A DNA stretch of 64,000 bases from Monocercomonoides exilis PA203 (taxonomy: Eukaryota; Protista; Preaxostyla), in the NCBI GenBank assembly GCA_001643675.2, contig LSRY02000006.1, positions 992,001 to 1,056,000 on the forward strand. Direction: 5' to 3'. Within the stretch, counting starts at the first letter, position 1, and each line of letters starts with the position of its first letter. This document shows positions 1 through 12,101 of the stretch, piece after piece. The notes under the pieces are model-generated. The model was not told where the DNA came from, did no database searches, and saw nothing but the letters and a program-made list of their open reading frames with translations. The position numbers and the translations under genes are program-made.

Positions 1-3000
1 TTCATTTTGTTGTTTGCTTGTCTGTGGCATTTGCTTCTTTGCACTTAAACTTGCATTTTCTGGAACAAGATTGTGTGCTTGAGACTTCAGAATCTCTGAA
101 GCTGTTGCCGATGGAGCTGACACAATAACATCAGCAGATGGCTGAATCATCGCTTTTGAAGAAGATGCCGACGAAACAGTAACGAAAGATGAAGTGGGAG
201 GATGTGAAAAGGAAACTGGAGAAGAAGAAAGAAGAGAATGAGAAGTGGAAGGATCATAAGAAGGATGAAAAGAAGACGAGGTTTGGTTGAAAGATAGAGA
301 TTGATTTACAGGAGAAGATTTGCCAGTCGCAGGTGCAGAAGAAGGGAATTCTGAATGTGCAGCTGGCTTTGCATCAATTGAATCCTGTTGGGAATTTGGC
401 GGATTTGTTGAGAAAGTGGCCATTGAAGATTGTGTGGCGTGATGATGATGATGAGAAAAGGAATGAGAGCGGTGGATGCGGCGGAGTGGGCGTGTGTGGT
501 GCAAATGTTTGGTGTGTGTGCTGTCGTTGTGCTTGTGTGAATGATGATGAGAGATGTGATCGTGGCTGTGGCTGCGAATTCTGCGCTGAGGTTGTTGTTG
601 TTGTTCTGGTTGATGATGTTGATGATGATGCTGGCGATGTTGTTGATCAGGTTGACGAGAAGTGTGAGTGTGATGATGGAGATGGCTGCTAATTTGTGGA
701 GAACTCGAGTCTGATGACTGTCTGACTGTCTGTCTGGAGTGATGTTTGACAACAGAATGTTCGTGGCTGAGAATGGACGAGTGTGAAATGATGGATTCCT
801 CGCTCTCTTCGTGAGAAATGCTTGAAAGTGGATCTGAAAAGCTGGAGTGAGAAAGAGAATGAGAAAGTGAGTGCGATACAGAATGAGACAAAGAATGGTT
901 GTAAATGTGTTTGTGGTGTGTGTGGTGTAATGAATAATCGCCATGTGACTTATATTTATGGAGAAGTGAATGGTGTTTGTAAAAATTAAGATGATGCGAA
1001 AGATGAAGATGCGGAGAAGAAAGACTTTTGTGAATGCGATGGTGATGATGATGGTGGCGATGATGATGATGATGGACTGGAAGAATAACCTTGTTATCAT
1101 CATTTCCCTGCTCATCGTCAAATGATTGATCACCAAGTTGTCTGTGATGTTTGTGATGATGCTTGTGCATATGTTTATGATGATACTCATCCAATTTCTC
1201 GTTTTCTCTCAAATTCTCATTCGCATTCTGTCTTTCATTTTTCCTGCTTCTTTTCGCTTTCTCCTCCTTCTTTCTCTTCTTTCTCTTCTTCGAGATGTGT
1301 CTCGGAGGCTGCGCTGTCTGGTTCATCAGCTCAAACGACCGGTGAAATGTCTCCATCGCAGCCAGCGACAGAAACGCTGTGCAATCAGCCTCGCTGACAT
1401 TCATCAGAAAATACCTCTCATTTGGAATAGACACTCGGTACTTACAGAGATCTCTGACACTGTCTTCACACTCTCTTCCCTTACCTCCTCCTTCTTCTCT
1501 TCTTCTTCCTTTTCCTCTTCTTCCTTCTAAATGCTTACTGCTTCGGATTGGTTTGTGCATTTCGATAAATTTCCCTTTTTCTTTTTCTTTTTCTTTTATT
1601 TTTTGTGAATTCATTTTTGATTTCACATCTTCTTCAACAAATTCTTTCTTTTTCTCTTCTCCCATCTTTTCTTCACCATTGCTTTTCACTCCAAAATCTT
1701 CATTTTCCTTCAGCTCGCAACCTTTTGGTGCGCAAAAATCTTGCGAATCAAATAGAGAAGAAGACAAAGTGGCTGAAGATTTAACCAAAATTGTGTTTGG
1801 AGTTAAATTTTGTGTGTTTTCAGCTGAAACTGACTGATTGCTATTTAAAAGAGAGGTACTCGGAAAGACACACGTGGAAGGAGGGGGCAGAATCAATGGA
1901 GAAGACGAAAATGGCAAAGAGGTCGAAGTTGTTGGAGGTAATGAAAACAATGGAAATGAAGAAGAAGACGATGCTGAAGAAGAAGAAGAATTTGAAGATG
2001 CAGAAGATGAAGTTGATGAAAATGTTGCAGTGAAAGAAGCATCTGCTGAAGAAGACAAGGCTGCTGATGCAGACAAAGTTGTCGAAGGAAAATAAGGCAA
2101 AGGCGGAGGCAGAACAAGAGGGCTCTTAAAAGGAATCGCTCCCTTTTCATCAGATGGAAACATCGAAGTCAATTTTGCTGCTGCTTTTTCCTCAACTGCG
2201 TTGCTTTCATCTGATTTTTCCCATTCGGCCTTTTCATTTGAATCAAATTTGCTTTGAAATTCTCCGCTTTCTGAACTCTGGAAAACCCCTCTTCTTCTCA
2301 TCCTTCCTCTTTTCTTCTCGTTCGTCTTCTTGTTCATTCTGTTCTTTCTTTGTCGTTTCAGCCACAACTGATAGTTCATCTTTGGTGAGTCATCTTCATT
2401 GAACACAGAATCAGATGCTGTGTATTTGAACAGCGGAGGCTCTGACGAAGGCGATGGAAGTGCAAGCGACGGAGCAAAAGCAGGAAAAGTTAATGTGAGT
2501 GTAAGTTTTGAGGCAAAAAAGGGATGATATGGATTGAATGGAGAAGATTCAGATGGGAAAAACTGGTGAGATGCCTTCAAAATCAAAGGGATTTCTGACA
2601 GAGAAAACGGTTTTGTAGAAAGAAGCTCGAGAAAATGAGAGGTGAGCTTTGTGCAAATTGGCGATGGCTCGTCAGTCGCAGTGGAAGAAGAAGGATAAAT
2701 TGAAGCAGGAGAAAGCAGAAGCTTCCTCTTTGAGCGAGCGATAGCCTCTTTCAAAGCAACTTTTGTGATTTCAATGGGCGACGGCAGATCGACTGAAATT
2801 GGCGGGGGAAGAGAAATGGGAAGAGAGCATTTGTAATAAGGAGGGTGTGTGTGTGGCGAGTCATATGGATGGAAAAGAGGATGATAATCAGAAGAAGCCG
2901 AGGATAGCTTGCTGTCTGAAGATGAGAATCGAGACAGAAAAGGAGGTGGAAGAACAGGAGGAGGAGAGTCACTTCGATCAGATGGAGAGAGCAGCTGTTT

Positions 3001-5547
3001 GTGTTGCTGGTCTGACTGAAAGACAGCAGGGAGTGTATTGTGATGAGCATGCTTGGAAGGATATTGAGGGCGATGCTGCGAATGGAGAGGTGAATAAAGA
3101 GAAGAATGACGAAGATGCATCGAAAGCGATGAGTTCAAAGGATGTGAAGAGGTTGATGGAAGTTCCTGTGTTTGCAGGCTTGAAGTTTGCGTCTGTTGTG
3201 ATTTCTGAGATTGTTGTGACTGAAGTGATCCTTTTGACAGCTGTGACAGTTGTGATAAACTATTTTGGCTTGACTGACTGATTTGGCTGATCTGACTCGA
3301 CTGATCAGATCTGACAGACATCTGAGACTGTGGCTGAGACAGAGGCTGTGTCTGACTCAGCTGCTGAGGTGGATGCGGAGGAAGAGAAGAATGAACAGGA
3401 GATGAAAGAGCTGTTTGAATAGCCTTCGGTTGAGAAGCGGGAAATGGGCTTTGGATAATTTTGCGTGGGATGAACGGCGGTGAGTAAGGCGAAAGGGCAG
3501 ACGGAGAAGATAAATTGCGAGAAAAAGGCGAAGCCAAAGAAGCAGAAGAGCGTGATTGTGTTGATGCTGTTGCGAATGTCCTTGAGCCTGCTGCTGTTGA
3601 AGGAGCTGCTGCTATTGGAGAAACGTCCTTCACAAAAAATGATGAAGAGCTTGGCAAAGACACTTTTATCCCACATGCCCTTTTAGCAGCAGCTTCAGCC
3701 TCAGCTTCTGCAATCGCCTCAATCTGCCTTTCTCTGTCCCTCACCTTCTCTCTCTCCATCTGCAAGATGGCTTCTCTCACTGTGTGTGGCAGAAGCTGTG
3801 TCTGTGAATGCAGCTTGTCTGTCACTCGAGCAAAAAGTGGATCGTAGATGTGTGTGGAGTGATTCGTGCTGACAGGTAGATGGTACTCTCTCCGACTGCA
3901 CATTCCCCGCTTCCTTGCATACAGCTGCCGTTCCTCCTCTTTCTTCACTGCCCAGTCAATTGCTGCCTTCATCGTGATCCCTTGTTTCCTCAGTACTTCT
4001 TCCAGAATGTCTGGGCGCCTTGCCAGCAGCGTCTGAAACGGGTTGGCTGGCGGATGGAGGTATTTCAGCCGGTCAGACATTTCCATCTGCCACTGCGCCA
4101 TCTCAAAGGGAAACTGATACATCGACATCACTTCATACAGCGCAAACATGATCCAATGCAGCTTGCCAATGTCTTCGTCCTCTTCTGCCCGCTGTATTGA
4201 GAACCCATTCAGCCTTCGGTGGTTCAGCCACTTCTGATACTTGCGCGTGTTCTGCCCGATCAGCTTCTTGTTCAGTTCATCCAACATTCTTTCTCCTTCG
4301 TCTCTGATCACGGCAGGTGGCGGTGGCTGTGCCAGCGGTGCCAGTTGGATCTTCGAGCCGTACTTCTCCCGCACTCTCCTGTCTCGTTCTCTGTCTGCAT
4401 GCAGATCCACCCGCTCGAAGGGATCATCATCACCCACATCTTCCACACCTCTCCGTTGGATCTGCCGCAGATGGCTCTGCCCAATTTCTCGCTGCCTGTC
4501 TTCGACTCGCTTCAGCTTCTTGAGAGTCACCAATATGTCGTCCTCTGCAAGCCTCACGCTCTCCGTGAAAAACTTCACTTTATCCTTCAGCCATCTTATT
4601 TCTTTCTCTCTTTGCAATCTCTCCGATTCTACAATGTTTTTACCGCGCTGCAATATCATTCCCTCCTCCTCTTCCTTCAAGCACTCCAATGCTAGCTTCT
4701 TTTCTGCATACGCCTCGTCAGCTACCTTCTCCTTGTTGTGTAACTCTTTCCCTAGCTTCTGTTTTTCCATCTGCAACAACGTTTGATGGACCTCCAAGAA
4801 ATATTCTCGTTTTAGCCGACCGAATTGACAGCACCGACAATCAAATTCACCGCAAAACAAGCAAAATTGCATTGATCTCTTTCCATATAAAGAGAATTCG
4901 TAATCACATAATTGTCTTTTAAATGTTGGATTCATTGCCAATCTTAGGATTTGTTTGAATGAAAATTTTCGAAATATTTCAAAAAATTGATAAAAGTGAT
5001 AATTATCTGTAAAATGCAAACCCATTTCGAGCGCGTTCAACGTGTCTGTATGCAACAGATAAAGATACATGGTAAGTCTTCATAAGAAATGCAATCACTA
5101 CTGCTGGGCTTCTGGATTTTCCAGCATGACAATGGACTAAGCATCTTCCATTTCTTTCAACAGTTGCTTTCAAAGCTGTAAATGCAGGTTCCAGTACAGC
5201 AATAATATTTGAAACAGAAAGATCTTCGACTTGGCAAAACACAACAGTTTTTACGCAATCAGGCATGCTCAAAGATGGTTGGGTTCTTAATCTTACAATT
5301 GTATCAATTCCATTCATTTTAAGAATATTTTTGTCATTTGCAGCAATCTTTTCATGAAGAAATATATCATTAATAGAGTATGTTTTCGTGGAATTCAGTT
5401 TGTAAGTAATTTAAATAAGAAATAATAACTTCAAATAATAAAAACCTGATTTCCAACAAATATATGCGCAGTTATTCTGCTTATATCGGCTATCTTATCA
5501 TGGTGTTCTTTTTCAAAAGGAAGTTTTCCTGATGAAAATAACGCCAT
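1..5547 (-). CDS. Giant dual-specificity protein phosphatase: N-terminal DSP domain plus >1600-aa low-complexity tail; 3' end lies outside the window
   Basis: Spliced exons 5547-5446, 5347-5022 and 4942-<1 (GT-AG) give MALFSSG...ISRITAHIFVGNQ|IAANDKNILKMNGIDTIV...VHCHAGKSRS...ERARNG|LAMNPTFKRQLCDYEFSLYGKRSM, a complete DSP fold. The same frame continues (QFCLFCGEFDCRCCQ...). It was open wherever I checked down to base 1, and its absence from the ORF track fits no stop inside the window. Confidence 0.88.
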
Positions 5548-6166
5548 AATGAAAAATTAAAATAAACTCGATGATCATAAACAATAATAAAAATCAATGA
5601 CATGAAAATTAGTAAACAGAAAAAAAGTTTTTTGTTTTTTGTATTTTCTTTTAAAAAAAAAGTGTTTTTGCACAAAACATATTTGAATGTCAGTGAACAT
5701 TTTAGGCTGCAAAAAAAGAAAAAAAGTCATTTTTAAAAGTTACAGATCATTTAATGATATTTAAGAAATAATTCCTTATAAAAGAAAGAAGATATATAAA
5801 ATATCAAATTATACTCTTTTCATAGTATTCTTTAAGATATTATCCAGTTATTGAAAACGGGTAATTTTTGCAATAGCGAATTTATGAATATTTGATTATT
5901 TTTGAAAATATTGAATATCATTACTTTCAGAATTAAAAAAATTGTTTGAACATGAAGAAGAAAAAGTATTTTCATATAGTTTCAATTTTCAGAAAAATGT
6001 ATTTTTCATAAAAATAAATCAGTGAGCAATATAGGTTAAAGAAAGGTCATTCATTTTTTCCAAAATCTCGATAAAAATGTTATATATAGATCAAAACATT
6101 AATCAATTTTTATTGTCGCTGTTCTTTTACAATTTTCCAAATTAAAATTCATAAATTTACACATTA

Positions 6167-6644
6167 ATGAATAGGAAAATTTTAAGAACGTTGGATATTA
6201 ACATCGACAACATGAAAGATGACCAAATAGATAATATTGTAGCTGCTCTGAAGCTTCATGCACCAGTTCTTGCAATGTTCACAAAGGGGACATCAAGAGA
6301 CAAATTTGAAATTGCTTTTTCAAAAAATTTACAAATAAGTCGTCAGAATTCTCGAAAAGTTGCAAACACTTTATCAAACCGTTTGTTCTTTGATAATTTA
6401 TAAATTGTTTGAAATTTTAAACGAATTTGCATTTTTCAGCAATTGCTACAGAAATGGATCTAAAAAGAATGAGCGATGATGTTAATAGATTTTTATCTGA
6501 AGTTTGAATTTTAATTTTGATCATTAATTCATCGTTCTCTTTTTCTGCAAACTAATTCAGTCGCAGACACAGATAAGAAAAGAAGTTGATCCAATAATTC
6601 AATGTTTAAATCAAAAACGAGAACCCTCCAAGGAAGAAGCTTAA
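6167..6644 (+). CDS. Small hypothetical protein (~119 aa, 3 exons)
   Basis: Exons 6167-6380, 6440-6501 and 6561-6644 join in frame via GTTTG...CAG introns (360 nt, ending TAA). No family recognised. Confidence 0.65.
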
Positions 6645-6821
6645 AGAATTCTTTTTCTTTTTTTCCAAGCTATTTGTTGTTAATCAATTTCACTGTTTTA
6701 TTGAAGCGTAAATTGATTTGAGGAAAGTTCATTTTTAGCATATTTTAAAACTGTATACATTATGCGAACACATTTTTATCAACCCATATTCACGTTCGCA
6801 ACTTCATTAGTAGCTTGTTTC

Positions 6822-9800
6822 ATGAAGAAAGCAGACGCAGAAGATCCGTTTGATTTTAGTATTTGTGTTGAAAATGAAGTAAAATACAATTTTTTCCTAT
6901 AAATATGCTTTTATTTCGATTGCATCGCGTTAACTTAATATCATGCAAAAAATTCATTTTACAACGTTTAATGAATTAAAATATTCTTGTACATGTAATA
7001 TATAATTTACGAATCGTTATTGCAACTGTGTAGGTTGGATTCATACGTTCTTATAACTCAAGAAGAGCAAAAAGACTCTCCTTTCGAGCCGTTACCCTCG
7101 GACCCTCTGACATTTTCCTGCTTTGACACCATCACTATAAACAATGAAACGTTTTGTTGCCATTGCTTTGCTGTGATTTGATTTTATTATATTTTCATTT
7201 TCAGTCATAATTGCCTGATTGTTGGTTATCTACGTGGATTACTTGTATATGATCTAAATACTCTCCCTGAACTTGATTGCTTGCTTTCTTTGAAAAACAT
7301 TCCTACAAAGCTTGCACATGTTTGTTTTTATTTTGTATTTAACACTTTTTTATTAATTATTGAAAAAATATGAACATTCAGGTTATTCATCAACAATTAA
7401 ACTATTTTCCAAGAGCATCAGCAAATGTATTTACAAAAAAGCAAAAGATGATGATTTCAGCGGCTCCTCTTATTGGTGTTGTGCTTCTTAACGACACAAA
7501 TGTGTGACAGACTATTTTTCTGGATTTATTCTCCTTGTTAATTTTTAATTTAATCATTAATAAACATCATACAGGATTATTCTGTGAATGACTTGCTCAT
7601 CATTTCATTAGAAAAGCATAAAATTGTTGGAATTCTTTCTTTTCCTTCAGAGATTGTTAGTCTGCATTGCAGTAGCGATTGGATGGCTGTGGTTTGATAA
7701 TTAAGCAGTTTTTGTTTGATTGCATGTGTTAATTTGTAAAAAGATTTTTGCATAAATTGTGTTATTTTCAAGTTTTTCTTGTATAAAAAAATGTTGAATA
7801 ATTTTCTTATCCATTTTTAATATTTACATATTTATTTATTTAATTATAATTTATTTATTAAAAATTTATTTATTTGCATATTCATTTTTTTTTTCTTAAT
7901 TTGATTTATTATCATTTATCAGATTCTTTCTGATGAAATACACATAATCGACACACTTTCGTTCACAACAACCTGCATCCTTCAAACAACGCTGCTGACT
8001 CCACCCTCTTCACCAAGAAGCTCATCATCCACAACCTCCTCTTCCTCTTCCTCCTCTTCCTCATCCTCATCCTCATTCGCTGGCATTTCATCTGCTTGTA
8101 AGTCTTCACCAGAGCCAGCTGTGTCTGTGACGGGGCGTTGGCTGCTGTTTGCGACAGATCGTCCTCCTCTCTCTGTGAAAGTGACGAAGAGGTCTCAGTG
8201 TGTGTGTACGTGGGATGGAATGGATGGCAGCAGGGGAAGCTGGAAAAGCGAAAGAAATCAGATAAAGAGAGAAAGAAAGGAAAAGGAATCGCAAGAGACA
8301 AATGATGCAAAGGAAATAAAGGAATCGAATGAGAAAGGAGGTAAAACAGAAGATGTGAAGCACATAGAAGCAGAAGAGCCATCCAAATCTGCTGTGAGCG
8401 ATGATTTATCTCAGTCAAATAAGACTTCAGCATGTTCTCGTGCCTCTCGTGGAACATCAAGAAAGACAGATTCAAATGAAAGCAGCTCAGAAAGAGAGGA
8501 CAATAAAAAGACAACCAACTCCAAAAGACTTGAATCTTCATCAAAACAAAGTTCGGCTTCTTCGTCTCCACCATCTGCCTCGCTCACTGCGCTGGACTTG
8601 GCTCCTTCTCCTTCTCCTTCTCCCTCACCTTCTCCTTCTCCCCCGCCAAAGCGAGTGTTTGTGACTGTTCCCATAACAGTTGATGATTATTCATCATCGT
8701 CTTCTTCCTCTTCCTCTTCCTCTTCTTCTGCCTCTTCTGCTCTTCTTCGCATGGGCAGGGATTCTTTGGCTGCTGTTGGCGACTTCTCCCTTTCCTTACT
8801 CAATTCAACAGCCAGATGGATGAAGCGTCTGTCTCCCACACGCGACTATGCTTCTCCTACACGCGAAGTGGCTCATCTTCCATCTTCTTCTTCTTCTTCT
8901 TCTTCTTCTTCTCATTCTTCTTCTGGTTCTTTCTCCAAAACAACTTCTCCACCGTCGAATTATCCCTCTTTGCCTCCTCTGCCTCACAGACATCACAAAC
9001 AAGACAATACAAATGAAGAAGGCAAAACATCAGCTCATTCAAACCACTCAAATCAATCCAAAGGAGAAATAGAAAGCTCTTCTTCTTCTTCTTCTTCTTC
9101 TTCTTCTTCCTTCTCTTCTCAACTCACTCCATTCTCCTTCTCCTCACTCACATCCACCCTCACCCAGCAGACGAAAGGGCTGGCAGAGGGACTCACTTCT
9201 GCCTGGAGGACTATAAGCGCATATCTTTCCAATCTCTCCGTCTCCTTCGCTGCCACTCCTCTTTCTTCTCTTCTGCCTTCTCCTTCTCCCTCTCGCTTTG
9301 TTCCTGCCATGCCTTCTTATTCAAAGACACTTTCTTTGCAGAATTCATCCCCTTTTCTTCATTCTATCTGTCTTTTCGATGTTGCTTCGTTGCGAATTCT
9401 TGCCTTTGATGCTGTTTCGCCTTCTCCCATCACTGCATTAGCTGTCAGCTCTCCATCTTGTTTATCTTCTGATTACAATTACCATTCTTCTTCTTCCTCT
9501 TCCTCTTTCTTTTCTTCTTCTTCTTCTTCTTCTTACTCTCCCTCTCATCTCTTTGAGCCATTCTCCTCTTCTCTCTTCCAGCAGACTCTGTCAGCTGCAG
9601 AATATCCTCTTCTCATCGCTGTCGCCCCGTCCGACGGCAAAAACGCATTCATCTTCACTCTGCACCCATCTCCCACTCAACTCTCTCCCTTTGCTGATGC
9701 CTCTGCTAACACTGATGCGAAATTCCATTCTTCATTCGCTTCTCATTCTATGTCTCCTTCTTTGACATCTTCTGAAAAGAAATCTGCCACATCACGTTCA

Positions 9801-11333
9801 TCTGCTTCATCATCTTCTTACTCCTCCTCTTCTTCTTCCTCTTCTCCTTCTCCTTCTCCTTCTCCTGTCATTCAATCAGCTCGTCGTCGTGTCCCATCCT
9901 CAGCAGCACTTGCCCATTCCTTGTATCATCGCCCATTCGCCTTCAGACTCGTCCACATTCTCATCAGAGGCACCACACCTGCCCCAATCTCTTCATTTGC
10001 TTTCTCCACAACTCCTCTTCTGAATCTCCCTTCTTCTTCTTCTTCATTTATTTCTTCTTCATCAACTTTGTTGCCTTCTTCTTCATCTTCTTGTTCTTCT
10101 TCTTTGAATCCTTTTACCACTCCTTTACTATCTGCTACAAATAAAACACAATTTGACTCAATTTCAAATACATCTTCGATTGCTCCTTCATCTTATGGAA
10201 CATCGTCCAATAGATTTCTTTCTTCTTCTCCTCCTTCTTCCTCTCCTTCTTATTCATCCATTTCTTCGGCTTTGTTCTCTTCGACCTCTCCAATAATTGC
10301 CCTGTGTTCTGATCATGGTACAATTCATCTGTTTTCTGCAGCTATTTCAGCAGCTGATGCACTTTACACAACAACTTCAGCATCATCTTCCTCTTCATCA
10401 TCATCTTCCTCTTCCTCTTCCTCTTCCTCTTCCTCTTCCTCCTCAGCTGAAGCCCCTGTCAACCACCTCTCCTCCTCCTATCCTGCATCTTCCTCTTCTC
10501 CTTCCTTCATCTTTGCCTCTCCCCACATCATCCACGCCAAAGACACCCCTCTTCATCCACCCACTCCAATTGCTGCTGTCACTCGTTTGAAAGACAACAC
10601 AAAGAAAGACAGCATCACGCCAATCTACGTGGCTATTGACACAACATCTTCTTCTTCTTCTTCGCTATCTTCGTTGTCATCATCTTCTTCTTCTTTAAAT
10701 AAATCAACCAACAACGCAACAGAAATCGCCTCTCATCCAACCAGAAAGCGCTCGGCTTCAGCTTCTGCCTCTTCTTCTTCCTCTTCTTCTTCTTCGCCTT
10801 TTCTGACGCTTTCATCCATCACAACACACAATTCTCCTTCTGTTCTTCTTCTTCGTAGCAGAATCCACCCAACTGCCTTGTTTGTCTTCTCCATCACAAG
10901 ATGGTCTCACACACTCAAACTGACCACACTCACTCACAAATCTTCGTTGAATCAGGGGAATTCGGGTGCTTCCACCTCTTCTTCTTCTTCTTCTTCTGTT
11001 GCATCATCATCATCTTCTTCTTCTTCTTCTTCTGATTTTGCTCATCATGTTAATTCAACTCCTCCACACTCAACGTCATTATCTCCTTCTTCTTTTTCTG
11101 CTTCTGCTTCTGCTTCTTCTATATATCCTCAATCAACTCCACTTTCTCCGTTTTCTCCAACTGCCTCTTCTTCTCCTGCTATTTCATTTGCATCTTTCTC
11201 TCCTTCGCCTTCTCCTTCTCTCTCTCCTTCTGCTAATTCTACTGCTTCATTCAATTCTTTTGGTTCATCTTCTCAAATCTCTAACACGCATCCAACTTCT
11301 TCCTCTTCTTCTTCATCCTCTTCTTCTTCCTTT

Positions 11334-11368
<35 letters not shown>

Positions 11369-12066
11369 TTCCTCTTCAGTTATGGCGCCCTTTCAGAAGA
11401 TGGCTGCATTGTTCAGAGGCTTTTCGTCTTCTCTTGTGGAAGAGACACTTGGCGTGTGGGATGTGTCAGCACTTCAGAAGAAGAGGAGAACAAAGCTGAA
11501 GATGGAGAGAATAACAGACGAAGAGGAAGAGGAAGAGGAAATGGAGCAGGAAAGCGAGGAAGAGCTGAAGGAAGAGGAGAAAAGGAATAAAAAGAGAGTG
11601 TTGAAGAAGAAAGAAGGAGATTTCAGAAAGGATAAAGAGGAAAGAGGAAGAAAGGAAAGAGAAGAAGAAGAAAGAGAAGAAAGTCGAAGAAGTTTGTTGG
11701 AAGAGAAATGGGTCAGAGAAGTAGATGCAATGACACACAGAGACATCGGATTTCCTATTTGGAGAGAGCCAAAATTCCATTTGTGGAAGTGGAAGAAAGA
11801 GGAGGAAGAGGAAGAACGAGAAAGAGAAGAAAAAGAAGAAAAAGAAAAAGAAGAAAGTGAAGAAAATAAGAAAGAGAAGAAGAAAGAAAAAAGTGGAGAT
11901 GCTCAAACAGACTCGAGTGATATTAACAAATACATTGATTCAATTGATCAGAGCTGGGCAGGGCAGCACGCAGAGGAGATTGTTATGAAGGAGACGACGA
12001 CAATTCATTTGGATAGGTTTGATTGGTTGTATTTGTGAATTAATCTCATTTTTTCATTTTATTATT

Positions 12067-12101
<35 letters not shown>

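Noticed and set aside
306-4922. Many short plus-strand and alternate-frame ORFs
   Set aside because: Shadows of the long minus-strand DSP frame; low-complexity sequence is stop-poor.
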